From IMG/VR virus record IMGVR_UViG_651324052_000001, positions 32,603 through 96,602 of that record: DNA of 64,000 bases. One strand, given 5' to 3'. A model generated the notes under the pieces. It saw only the letters and a program-made list of their open reading frames with translations, searched no databases and was not told where the DNA came from. This document shows, piece by piece, positions 38,424 through 48,127 of this stretch (position 1 is its first letter; each line of letters starts with the position of its first letter). Position numbers and translations under genes: made by a program. Source of the stretch: a virus. Its lineage: Duplodnaviria > Heunggongvirae > Uroviricota > Caudoviricetes.

Positions 38424-39938
38424 TTGAGTAACAAGTCATATATAGCGATAGATTTAAAAAGTTTCTATGCATCAGTAGAGTGTATAGAACGAGGATTAGA
38501 TCCATTGACAACCAATTTAGTTGTTGCGGACAATAGTCGTACAGAAAAGACTATCTGCCTGGCAGTAACTCCTTCCTTAAAATCATATGGTGTTTCAGGC
38601 AGACCAAGATTATTTGAGGTTGTTCAACAAGTAGATAAGATAAATGCAAGTAGATTGTATCAATTAAAAAATAAGGAGTTTACTGGAAATTCTTATGATA
38701 AAAAAGATTTAGATAAAAATTTGAATCTAAAAGTTGATTATATAGTTGCTCCTCCACGAATGGCTTTTTATATGAAATACAGTGCAGAAATTTACAATAT
38801 TTATCTGAAATATGTTTCGTCAGATGATATTCATGTGTATTCTATTGATGAGGTATTTATAGATGCAACTTCTTATTTAAATGTATACGGATTGTCTGCA
38901 AAAGAATTAACACAGAAGATGATTTTAGATGTACTGAACACCACTGGCATTACAGCAACAGCCGGAATCGGAACAAATTTGTATTTAGCAAAAGTTGCTA
39001 TGGATATTGTTGCAAAGCATATACCACCGGATGAATACGGAGTCAGAATTGCTGAATTGGATGAGATGTCTTACCGTAAACAACTTTGGAATCATAAACC
39101 TCTCATAGATTTTTGGCGAGTGGGAAAAGGATATGTAAAACAATTAGAGTCCGTTGGCTTATACACGATGGGAGATGTTGCAAGATGTTCTTTGGGCGGT
39201 GAAACTGATTTCTACAATGAATACTTGCTGCATAAGATGTTTGGTAAAAATGCGGAATTATTGATTGACCATGCATGGGGATATGAACCATGTACCATTG
39301 CAGATATTAAGAAATATAAGCCTGAGAACAATAGTATTGGGAGTGGACAGGTACTTCAAAATGGAACAGATTATAAAACTACAAAATTAATTATCCGCGA
39401 AATGACAGAGAACTTAGTTTTAGATCTAGTAAGTAAAAATCTTGTTACAGATCAGATTGTTCTAACGCTAGGATATGATAAAGACAATTTATCGGATCAT
39501 GCGAGGATGAGTGCATATCAAGGCGAGTTTTCTGTCGATCAATATGGTAGAAAAATACCTAAACATGCACATGGAACGATTAATTTACATGAATATACCT
39601 CTTCTACGAGCGTGATTGTAAAAGACGTTTTAGATCTGTTTGAAAGAATTATAAACAAGAACTTATTAGTAAGAAGGCTTAGTATGTCGGCTAATCATGT
39701 AATAAATAAAGATTCTGTCATGAAGAATACTTATGAGCAGTTAAATTTATTTGATTTGATGAACAAGCAAGAGTGTAAAGAAGAGAAGGAATTTCAAGAA
39801 AAAGAGGAAAATATTCAAAAAGCTGTTTTAGATATTAAAAATAAATTTGGAAAGAATGCGATTCTCAAAGGGATGAGTTTACAAGAGGGTGCGACTATGA
39901 GAGATAGAAATAATCAGATAGGTGGACATAAGGCATAG
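38424..39938 (+). CDS. Y-family (UmuC/ImpB/UvrX-like) DNA polymerase
   Basis: YIAIDLKSFYASVE, YSIDEVFID, GIGTNLYLAK, KFGKNAI. Confidence 0.93.
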   Translation: MSNKSYIAIDLKSFYASVECIERGLDPLTTNLVVADNSRTEKTICLAVTPSLKSYGVSGRPRLFEVVQQVDKINASRLYQLKNKEFTGNSYDKKDLDKNLNLKVDYIVAPPRMAFYMKYSAEIYNIYLKYVSSDDIHVYSIDEVFIDATSYLNVYGLSAKELTQKMILDVLNTTGITATAGIGTNLYLAKVAMDIVAKHIPPDEYGVRIAELDEMSYRKQLWNHKPLIDFWRVGKGYVKQLESVGLYTMGDVARCSLGGETDFYNEYLLHKMFGKNAELLIDHAWGYEPCTIADIKKYKPENNSIGSGQVLQNGTDYKTTKLIIREMTENLVLDLVSKNLVTDQIVLTLGYDKDNLSDHARMSAYQGEFSVDQYGRKIPKHAHGTINLHEYTSSTSVIVKDVLDLFERIINKNLLVRRLSMSANHVINKDSVMKNTYEQLNLFDLMNKQECKEEKEFQEKEENIQKAVLDIKNKFGKNAILKGMSLQEGATMRDRNNQIGGHKA

Positions 39939-39951
39939 AGGAGGGATAGTT

Positions 39952-40377
39952 TTGAGTGGAAAATATGATGATATTATAAAACTTCCACATTTTGTTTCTA
40001 AGAGGTATCCGCAAATGAGCATGCATGATAGAGCTGCACAGTTTTCGCCATTTGCTGCATTAACAGGATATGATGATTTAGTTAAAGAAACTGCCCGAAT
40101 TACTGATCAGAAAGTTGACTTAGACGAGTATATTTTAGATAATCTAAATGAAAGATTATGCATTCTGAAGAAGAATTTAAGTGAGAGGACAGAAGTAGAT
40201 ATAACTTATTTTCAGGAAGATTTAAAAAAATCTGGAGGGAGATATATAAACAAACACGGTATTATTAAGAAGATAGATGAGTTCACTGGCAGTATTCTAT
40301 TTGAAGACGGTGTAATTATTCCGATAGGTAATATTTGTGAAATTGAATGCAGATTATTCCGTGATAAAAATATTTAG
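39952..40377 (+). CDS. YolD-like protein
   Basis: KYDDIIKLPH...MSMHDRAAQFSPFAALTGY; coupled to the Y-family polymerase. Confidence 0.85.
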   Translation: MSGKYDDIIKLPHFVSKRYPQMSMHDRAAQFSPFAALTGYDDLVKETARITDQKVDLDEYILDNLNERLCILKKNLSERTEVDITYFQEDLKKSGGRYINKHGIIKKIDEFTGSILFEDGVIIPIGNICEIECRLFRDKNI

Positions 40378-40429
40378 TTGATGTAAATAAAAAAATATAA
40401 AAATAAGATGAAAATTTTAAAGATCAGTC

Positions 40430-41600
40430 TCCGGATTGGTCTTTTTTGCTGCAAAAATTTACACCAGAATTATTATCTGTGGACATCAAATTTAGTTATG
40501 CGTACGGAGATTTATGGTAATTTTCTCGAAAAATTTTTAGCTTGAAAATATGGACTTCGATAGATGGTGATTTTGTGAGCCTGGAATATGCGATATATAT
40601 GGGTTGTTTTGAGATATGGTGAGAGACGAAATTCTAAGTAGAAGAGTGGGAAGATTATGTAATTTATAATGTTTTCGATAAAAGGTTGTATTTATGGGTT
40701 ATTTAGAAGAAAAAAGGGGCAAAAATGCTATTTTGGGTAAAAGTGTGGTGTAAAAAATGCGATGGATAAAGGCGTTAGCGAAGTCATCAGCGAGCGTAAA
40801 AATGGTAGTTTTCGATAAAATTTTGTGGCGTGTGGATGGGATACATTCTGATCTATTTGTAATATAACAAGCAAATGCAGATGTTTTTATGCCCCCTATT
40901 ATATAATAGTATAATAGTGTAGTATTATGCTATTTTATAGGACTTATGATAGGGTGAAAAGTGGCATTTTTTGATCAAATAGGAGCTTTAGGACTGGAGC
41001 GGGGGTGTGTTGATCTCTTAATTGTATTCCCTCGAATTATATTGATTTTATGCAGATTTCCCCTGATTCGTTCGGGCATGGACAACAAAAAAGTTATCGA
41101 CATAGTGTGGATAACTATACAATGCAGTGTGGATAACTGCTCAATATAATCGTAACATCACAATACATATATATCATTAATATATAATAATGTATCACAC
41201 ACTACTATATGTAGTATTAAAAACTACATGTAAAATTTGTAATTCAGATTAAATTTTATACCTATATATTTTATTAAAATTCTTTCTGCCATTTACCAGA
41301 TCAATTGTTGCCTGAAACCAGATCATAAAATCATAAGCCTGTCAAATCCCATACTTTCCATAATCGACCCTATCAATATACATATACTATCTATAATTAT
41401 ACAATAGTAATACATACAACACTATCACATCTATACAATACATATATCATACAATATACTACTACAATATATATACACATGTAATACTGATACACCTATA
41501 TAAATACATACTGATATATTCACTACTATACCATGTCTACATATACATATAATTAATCATAGTTATATATAGCTAACTTGCACATAAATAAAATAGCGGT
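40430..41600. other. Non-coding region with G/C-skew inversion (packaging/terminus/origin candidate)
   Basis: Only 8 C in 40561-40740 and only 8 G in 41401-41580 on the + strand; no credible ORF. Confidence 0.5.
41094..41136. promoter_or_regulatory. DnaA-box cluster
   Basis: TGTGGATAA at 41106 and 41128 (22 bp apart); TTATCGACA at 41094. Confidence 0.55.
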
Positions 41601-41627
41601 GTGACAAGTCACCGCTATAACAATAAT

Positions 41628-41780
41628 CTAATCTTTAGTTGTTGCTATTTTGTCCAGTAATTCCAGTATTTCTTCTCTGGTATATTCATTCTTTTCGCCT
41701 TGCGTGAAAATCAAACGCAATTCATAAAGTGTAGACATTTTAACAGTATTCATTTCTTTTTCAGTCATTATTTCATTCAT
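41628..41780 (-). CDS. Small 50-aa protein controlled by the adjacent HTH
   Basis: MNEIMTEKEMNTVKMSTLYELRLIF...; SD GAAAGG. Confidence 0.6.
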   Translation of the reverse strand: MNEIMTEKEMNTVKMSTLYELRLIFTQGEKNEYTREEILELLDKIATTKD

Positions 41781-41829
41781 CCTTTCATCAATCCTTTCTG
41801 TTAGCACTTGTCAATTACTAACTATAATC

Positions 41830-41886
41830 ATATTACATTATTTATAATGTAAAGTCAATACAAATTACATTATTTCTAAAGTAATT
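41830..41886 (-). promoter_or_regulatory. Sigma-A promoter with palindromic operator
   Basis: TTGACT-17-TAATAT; TTACATTA-N4-TAATGTAA at 41833-41852; second near-copy at 41865-41884. Confidence 0.7.
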
Positions 41887-42090
41887 CTATTCTTTTCTAT
41901 ATTCAATCAAATCACCTGGCTGACAGTCTAATAAACCGCATATCTTTTCAAGCGCATTCATCCCGACTATTTTATTATTCCGTATTGATTGTATTGCATT
42001 TTCACCCAGTAGCTTCTCTTTTCTCAAGCGATTTGTATTATATCCTTTTTCTTTGAGTGTGTCTAATATATCTATTTTATATATAAACAT
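41887..42090 (-). CDS. Cro/C1-type (Xre) HTH regulator
   Basis: LKEKGYNTNRLRK...LEKICGLLDCQPGDLIEY. Confidence 0.85.
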   Translation of the reverse strand: MFIYKIDILDTLKEKGYNTNRLRKEKLLGENAIQSIRNNKIVGMNALEKICGLLDCQPGDLIEYRKE

Positions 42091-42246
42091 TGTTATACTA
42101 TTCCTTTACTATCATTATATAAGTAATTATATCATAAATTACATTACAATAAAAGCATATAAACACTATCTATATAATAGTAGTAATGCGTTGCCGTCTA
42201 AAGAGTCATGATGCGAAAGTATGTTTACTTATTTTCTAATAAAATT

Positions 42247-42453
42247 CTAATAATGCTCTCTATATTTTGGGCAGTCCGATGAGCCTGAACAAATACAATT
42301 TAATCTGCAACTTTTTAATTTATTATTATAATATATACAACGTCTTTTATCTCGTCTATTAGTTTTGCGTTGGCCTGTTTCTATAATATGCCAGCCTTCT
42401 CTATTAAGCAATGCATGTACTCTATTTACATCCTTATGTCTTCTACTCATCAC
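42247..42453 (-). CDS. Small Cys-rich protein
   Basis: RRDKRRCIYY...CSGSSDCPKY; paralogous to the C-terminal repeat of 42443..42913. Confidence 0.55.
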   Translation of the reverse strand: MMSRRHKDVNRVHALLNREGWHIIETGQRKTNRRDKRRCIYYNNKLKSCRLNCICSGSSDCPKYREHY

Positions 42454-42913
42454 TTATATCCTTTTCTTTGTATTTCTCACATTTTGATGATCCGATACAC
42501 TTATATAAATAATGTCTGCATTTTTTACTTTCTTTGTCATAATAAATACATCGTGCTTTGTGTCTGCGAGGCTCATTACTTTTCATATATCCAACGTGGC
42601 AAGGTGTGCCAATATTTTTACTTACTGCTATATATTCATTCGTGCGCTCATGGGTTCCGACTTGTATAGGCAATGGTACAAATACAGTATTTCCGTGTGG
42701 TTTCTTCTTAACTTTCTTTTCTTTATAATATTTACAATTATCTGATTTACAAAATGCATTATAAGTTAGACTCGATTTATTATTACAGGTTTGTTTTTCT
42801 TTGTTGTAATATATACAATCTTTTCCGAGTCTTCCTTGCTTTTTATGTTTATATGATTTTGATTTGCTATTCTTAATATGCAAAACATTAGCCATTTTAA
42901 GCACCTTTTTCAT
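42443..42913 (-). CDS. Cys-rich basic protein
   Basis: Two CIYY...C..C repeats. Confidence 0.55.
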   Translation of the reverse strand: MKKVLKMANVLHIKNSKSKSYKHKKQGRLGKDCIYYNKEKQTCNNKSSLTYNAFCKSDNCKYYKEKKVKKKPHGNTVFVPLPIQVGTHERTNEYIAVSKNIGTPCHVGYMKSNEPRRHKARCIYYDKESKKCRHYLYKCIGSSKCEKYKEKDISDE

Positions 42914-43109
42914 TAAGATCTTTTTTTATAATTTCTTTTATATATCCCTGTAAAGATAGATTATTATTTTTGCAATGTTTTACAATATTTTCATAAAAAT
43001 CTAATTCATTTAAGGTAAACTTAAGACCGATTGTCTTACATTTTTTTCTATAATTTTCATCCGCTTTTGCATTGTACGACATAATATCCCACTTTCTTTT
43101 TAAATACAT
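42897..43109 (-). CDS. Small ribbon-helix-helix-like DNA-binding protein
   Basis: TIGLKF...SLQGYIKEIIKKDL. Confidence 0.6.
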   Translation of the reverse strand: MYLKRKWDIMSYNAKADENYRKKCKTIGLKFTLNELDFYENIVKHCKNNNLSLQGYIKEIIKKDLNEKGA

Positions 43110-43154
43110 AACAATAGTTGATAAAATAGTATTATGTTAAATTAAATTAAATAA

Positions 43155-43197
43155 ATAGGTTCTACCTATTGACTATAGGTTAAACCTATGTTATTAT
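43155..43197 (+). promoter_or_regulatory. Promoter with tandem palindromic operators
   Basis: TTGACT-17-TATTAT; ATAGGT-N3-ACCTAT at 43155 and 43175. Confidence 0.7.
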
Positions 43198-43200
43198 AAA

Positions 43201-43270
43201 TACAAGTTAAACGACAGACATACAGATAACAAATGAAATTGCAAACAAGGTGTCAGTCGTAAAACTTGTA
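43201..43270 (+). ncRNA. Candidate sRNA hairpin at the transcription start
   Basis: TACAAGTT/AACTTGTA, ACGAC/GTCGT and GACA/TGTC nested stems; no ORF. Confidence 0.45.
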
Positions 43271-43472
43271 TAGGGTGTACAGATATACTGCACAATACAT
43301 AATCTAAACAATTAAAGTGTAGCATATCTGAAAAACAAAGTCAAATCCGACTGAGTAAATCCCATTTAAAATTTTTGTACTTTGACAACTGAAGAGGTGG
43401 CTATAATAGAGTATGGCAATACCTGAGCTTTTTTTGGTATAATTACTTTATTATTATAGAGGAGGTTGAAAC

Positions 43473-43688
43473 GTGATAGCATATTATAAATTAATTGATA
43501 TGCTCAATCGTAAGGGCATGAAAAAAATTGATCTGCAAAATGCGATTGGGTGCAGTCCTGTCACTATGGCAAGTATTTCAAAAAATAGACCAGTAAACCT
43601 TACAACGATTGATTCAATATGTAAAGTTTTAAATTGTCAACCCGGAGATATATTAGAGTATATTCCGGACGACAAAACTACAAAATAA
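43473..43688 (+). CDS. Cro/C1-type (Xre) HTH regulator
   Basis: YYKLIDMLNRKGMKK...IDSICKVLNCQPGDILEY. Confidence 0.85.
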   Translation: MIAYYKLIDMLNRKGMKKIDLQNAIGCSPVTMASISKNRPVNLTTIDSICKVLNCQPGDILEYIPDDKTTK

Positions 43689-43710
43689 AATAAAAACTTT
43701 AAAAAATATA

Positions 43711-43739
43711 TTGACAACTACACAAAAGTGTAGTAAGAT
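43711..43739 (+). promoter_or_regulatory. Strong early promoter with perfect operator
   Basis: TTGACA-17-TAAGAT; spacer is the palindrome ACTACAC-AAAA-GTGTAGT. Confidence 0.8.
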
Positions 43740-43744
43740 ATAAT

Positions 43745-45013
43745 CAAGTTAAGGGAAATGAGTTAAACAAAAAAGAGGTTGCTAACCGCTACCAACGAAA
43801 AAACAGCCTCTTTAATGCACAAATAACTCTATGTGTTATTGACATATTCTATTATAGTCATTTCTTTAGTAAAAGTCAATTACAAAATCCAAAACTTAAA
43901 TTATAACGAAATCAGGAGGACAAAAGAAAACAGATCATTTCAATTTTATAACAAGGCTGACTGGCATAGTCAAACAACCGATAGAATTAAGGCTTGAATG
44001 GCGGTGTACTTGAAAGACGACCGAGTCCGTAAATAGCATAGTATATTATACGGTAGACTGGTTATAACTGGACAACAACGGTTATAATCTCTGGGCAGTG
44101 CATTTCCTTGTTGATTTATTAAAATCATCCGTGAATAGGAACACGTTACAAATTTCCGTACATAAAACAGTTTTAAAATCTTTTCTGAAAAGATTCACTT
44201 GATAATAAGCAGTATTGTGAGTTATCGAGGGATATAGAAAACTTATTTGTTTTTTATATTTTTATAATTGGCATTGCATAGGATTTTCTAAAAAGGCACT
44301 ATGGCTTTATTTCGCATTTGAAATTGACAAATTTTAGAAAAAACCGCTAGGTGAGAAAGCACAGGGCTTTCAGCTGATAAAAATGCCGACCGCTAACGAA
44401 AGCAACAAGGACTTGTAAAAAAGCGGGATAATAAATACATATAAATTCTTCAGATGATTGAAGTGAATCATAAGACAGAATAACAAAAAATAAAATCTTG
44501 TATAGGCACGACAAGAATAAGTCCTATCAAGTGTAACACTTCCATATTAAGATTTTCCTGGAAGAAAAATAATGCGAAAGACATGTGACGGTTGCAAGGA
44601 GTACACATAAAAATAACTAGGAATTGCAATAGCAACGGAACGGCTCATACTTCCGAAAGGCTCAAGATCAGCAATGCCTTATAATTGTGCTGGCATGTGG
44701 AGCTTGTATATCTCCATTTTAAAACAGATTATACACGGTATGAGAACAGCCGAAAAAGTTAAAAGCCGTCAGCCTACATAGAACGGGGTAGAAAATGCAG
44801 GCAGGGAGCGAACATAATGAATGAAACTGGTTCACTTTAAAGAGTGTTAAAAAGCCAGTAACTTCCTAAAGTATTATAAAGAATACTGAAAACAAATAAG
44901 CCGGAACGAGAGAGCCGGAGCGGTGGGAGCGCCAATAAACCCGATGAAAGCGCAACTCTCATTTTTTATTTTGACTATGCAAGGCATAACATTTTCGAAC
45001 ATGGCTTGCATAG
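43745..45013 (+). ncRNA. Candidate large structured RNA (or sRNA cluster), ~1.2 kb
   Basis: No ORF of 60 aa or more on +; over 12 hairpins; ends in GAGAG/CTCTC + U-tract and a CTATGCAAG/CTTGCATAG hairpin. Confidence 0.45.
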
Positions 45014-45061
45014 ATGAAAATAAAACAGCGAATAATCAAATAAGCAAAGGAGATTAAGACA

Positions 45062-45427
45062 ATGTATACTTTTAAAACATCAAATGAAAAAATCATATTT
45101 TCAGCGGTTTTCTGTGAGTGTTGTAAGCACAAATGGACGGCTACAAAATATATCAATAAAGATGGCAAATGGATCGAAACCGATTTTTATAAAAGGTTTG
45201 ATACTTTAGAAGACTTAAAGGAATTTGTTAGAAATTATAAGGAAGTTGAAAAAGAATATTACTTTTCTGAAGATAATAGGGAATCGCTTCCAGAAGTAAT
45301 GGATAGATCATTCACAGAGGATCAGCTCAAAGAAGTTTATCGTGATATTGTGGATAAAACAGAATACCATGATTTTCAGGAATGGTTTTTTGACATGTTG
45401 AGAAGTGGATTGATCTTACATAGGTAG
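45062..45427 (+). CDS. Early hypothetical protein
   Basis: 121 aa, AAGGAG SD. Confidence 0.6.
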   Translation: MYTFKTSNEKIIFSAVFCECCKHKWTATKYINKDGKWIETDFYKRFDTLEDLKEFVRNYKEVEKEYYFSEDNRESLPEVMDRSFTEDQLKEVYRDIVDKTEYHDFQEWFFDMLRSGLILHR

Positions 45428-45446
45428 TTAGGAGGAGATAAAACAT

Positions 45447-45656
45447 ATGAAAAAGAAGATTGGATATATAATCACTTTAGCAGCCGTTGCGATCGGTTGC
45501 TTTTTTGTTGGAAAGAATACGGCTGATCATGCAAATCCAGAATCACACATTGAGCAAATGGAGTATGCATTGGAAAATATTTCACGATGGGAACTTGCTA
45601 ACGATGGAGAAACAGTGATTTTGTATGACTTTGAAGGAAATATTTATAAATGGTAG
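45447..45656 (+). CDS. Small exported/membrane protein
   Basis: Signal-like N-terminus, AGGAGG SD. Confidence 0.55.
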   Translation: MKKKIGYIITLAAVAIGCFFVGKNTADHANPESHIEQMEYALENISRWELANDGETVILYDFEGNIYKW

Positions 45657-45668
45657 GGAGGAAAAATT

Positions 45669-46094
45669 ATGACAAAACAATATAAACTCTTTAAAACAGT
45701 AAAGAAGACAGCGAATGAAAATAACTTATTAATAGCGGAAAATAATCTTGCAACAACTAAAACACTGTTTGACTTCTCAGGACTGGATAATATAAATCTT
45801 GAGGAGTGGGAAAAAGATGTTATTAAGAATGATGCGCTAAAGAATGTGTGTTCTTTTAATAAAGAATCATTCTACGGAGCCGAATATGATTTATTTAAAA
45901 GCTGTATTGGAAGAGCATTCTATATTCCTCATAAAGTATATTCGAGAGAGGGAAAACATTTATACAACGTTATGCAGTTTGCAAGTATTATACACACCCA
46001 TTCAGAGCGTAACAGTATATATGATTCATGGAAAAGTGTGCAAAATGAATATAAAACGGTTTATAGTGAGCCATTGGATGATTTGGAAATATAA
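45669..46094 (+). CDS. Early hypothetical protein
   Basis: 141 aa, GGAGG SD. Confidence 0.6.
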   Translation: MTKQYKLFKTVKKTANENNLLIAENNLATTKTLFDFSGLDNINLEEWEKDVIKNDALKNVCSFNKESFYGAEYDLFKSCIGRAFYIPHKVYSREGKHLYNVMQFASIIHTHSERNSIYDSWKSVQNEYKTVYSEPLDDLEI

Positions 46095-46157
46095 AATTTA
46101 AGATAATTTAGTGATGTACAGAGAATAACAAAACAGATATATAAAGAAAGGTTAAAG

Positions 46158-46835
46158 GTGGAAATTATGAGTAAGAAAGTATTGTATTTTGAAGGCGCAG
46201 GTTGTGTACCATGTAATGACGTGGAAAATTGTAGAATCAGAACAGCATTTACTAATAAGGAAGGAAAAAAGATTTATATTGAATTTATAAGTGGTTACAA
46301 ACACACACTTGTTGAATATGACAAGAATGGGATGAAATTAAAAAACCCGAAGACAATTTCAGAAGATGGGTTTATTTATTGCGATTCTTGTCATTATATT
46401 ACAGATGATCCAAAAATTGATGATTGTAATACATCAAGATTAGAATGTGAAAGAAATTCCGACATCGAAAAAATGAAATATACAAAGAAAAATATTTTAT
46501 TATTTGTCGACAAATACTGCAACGCTGATTTTGATGAAATAGTTGTACTTGATAACTTGGCAGGGTTCAAAGTCTTTTCAGATGGGAAACGAGGAACATT
46601 TGCAGGATATAATTATGGCGATGAATTTAACTATAACAAGGAATTGACGAAAAAAAGAATTGAAAAAGTAGAGGAAATGAAGAAATATTTTTCTAAATTG
46701 TTCAATCAAAAATATGATAATACAAGTTATTATATCAATAATAATGGTGAATTAGAAGTAAGAATATCAGTATCTGATCAAGCTTTACAAAAAGTGAATT
46801 GGGATAAGGGTAGGATTTTTACAGTAGAAGCATAA
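46158..46835 (+). CDS. Early hypothetical protein
   Basis: 225 aa; LYFEGAGC...IRTAF. Confidence 0.6.
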   Translation: MEIMSKKVLYFEGAGCVPCNDVENCRIRTAFTNKEGKKIYIEFISGYKHTLVEYDKNGMKLKNPKTISEDGFIYCDSCHYITDDPKIDDCNTSRLECERNSDIEKMKYTKKNILLFVDKYCNADFDEIVVLDNLAGFKVFSDGKRGTFAGYNYGDEFNYNKELTKKRIEKVEEMKKYFSKLFNQKYDNTSYYINNNGELEVRISVSDQALQKVNWDKGRIFTVEA

Positions 46836-46884
46836 ATTTTTCTACTTTTTAAATAGAATTATTACATATTAGGAGGAAAAAATA

Positions 46885-47121
46885 ATGACAATTAAACAGA
46901 CAAAATGGATTAAGGATGGAAAGATCACTAATGTGTGGATTAAAAGCACAAACATAGAAGAATGGATAGAGATAGGCGGTTATAATCCATTCCCGTTTTT
47001 TGGAACAACAAAATTTAAAACGTCCAAAAACGTTTTTGAAACCTGGATGAAAGAAAATGGTTTTAGAAAAATCATAAATATATCTGATTACCATTCAGTA
47101 AGATTGATAGATCTAATATAA
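46885..47121 (+). CDS. Early hypothetical protein
   Basis: 78 aa, AGGAGG SD. Confidence 0.55.
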   Translation: MTIKQTKWIKDGKITNVWIKSTNIEEWIEIGGYNPFPFFGTTKFKTSKNVFETWMKENGFRKIINISDYHSVRLIDLI

Positions 47122-47254
47122 CAATAAGCGGAGATTTTCCGCTTATAAAAGTGGGCAATATGGATCATTTAGAGTATAGTTTTAATTCTAACTTGAACAT
47201 TGTCTTTTTTTATAAGCGGAAAAGTATACACAAGTAAAAAAGGAGGAAAATAGA

Positions 47255-47872
47255 ATGTTAGCAAGAACAATCAGACATGAAGAATTAAAAGGTGGTTACA
47301 CGATGGGAAAGAAAATCATCATTGATGTCTGTGAGATTTTCGGAGAATTTGAAATCATGGCAATGTATGAAGATGGAGAAGAATTAGAAAGCAGGACTGT
47401 ATCAACGGAAATAGAGGCAATCAAAGTATTTGACAACCTGCTTTTAAAATATGCGGAGCCGTTACAATGTGCGCTTTATAATAAATTACAGTCGGGAAAG
47501 AAGTATACACTTGTATATCTGAACGAATTCGGTTTTCCAGTAGCTCAGAAAATCACTTTTCATAGTATGAGAACAACAACATATGCTCAGTATAGCGATG
47601 TCATGGAAATGATCTTTACACCATACCGGAAAAGATCGCAATATAGAAAACTGTTTCACAACTGTTCTATGATGATTTTTGAAGGCTGGCAGGATTTAAA
47701 AGAAGAAAAAATAAAAGAAACTCTTGAAGATAATAAAAGTGTAAAAATTACAAGATCAAAGTATGAAAGCTTTGACAGTAGATATATTGATGATTTGGAA
47801 AACTGTTTCAAGAATCCAGTTGTTATCTACAAGAATTATAGGAAAGGTGTAAACGGGAAAATTTACGCATAG
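47255..47872 (+). CDS. Early hypothetical protein
   Basis: 205 aa, AGGAGG SD. Confidence 0.6.
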   Translation: MLARTIRHEELKGGYTMGKKIIIDVCEIFGEFEIMAMYEDGEELESRTVSTEIEAIKVFDNLLLKYAEPLQCALYNKLQSGKKYTLVYLNEFGFPVAQKITFHSMRTTTYAQYSDVMEMIFTPYRKRSQYRKLFHNCSMMIFEGWQDLKEEKIKETLEDNKSVKITRSKYESFDSRYIDDLENCFKNPVVIYKNYRKGVNGKIYA

Positions 47873-47888
47873 AGAGGCGAAATAAACT

Positions 47889-48113
47889 ATGAAGCGGAAA
47901 TTTTTGTATACTGCACTATTAGTAACAGTTTCTATATTGTCCATTATAATAGGAAGAAACACAATTCAAACATCGGAAGTAACGATACCTGACACATATA
48001 TCAATGCGGAAGAGATTAAAAGTATCACAATAGGAAATGAAGGATTTTCGCTAAACTTTGATGATGGTGCAGGTTATTACATAGAAGCGGAAATTTATCA
48101 GAATACATATTAA
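47889..48113 (+). CDS. Small exported/membrane protein
   Basis: Signal-like N-terminus; similar layout to 45447. Confidence 0.55.
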   Translation: MKRKFLYTALLVTVSILSIIIGRNTIQTSEVTIPDTYINAEEIKSITIGNEGFSLNFDDGAGYYIEAEIYQNTY

Positions 48114-48127
48114 AGGAGATTAAAAGA

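Noticed and set aside
40961-41149. 62-aa ORF in the skew-switch region
   Set aside because: No SD, overlaps the DnaA boxes, no protein-like features.
43382-43407. TTGACA...TATAAT promoter
   Set aside because: Spacer is only 14 bp; TGGTATAAT at 43435 is the better promoter for the Xre gene.
44890-44950. Group II intron domain V (GAGCCG...GAAAG)
   Set aside because: Lacks the 34-nt DV hairpin geometry, the DVI bulged A and any RT/maturase.
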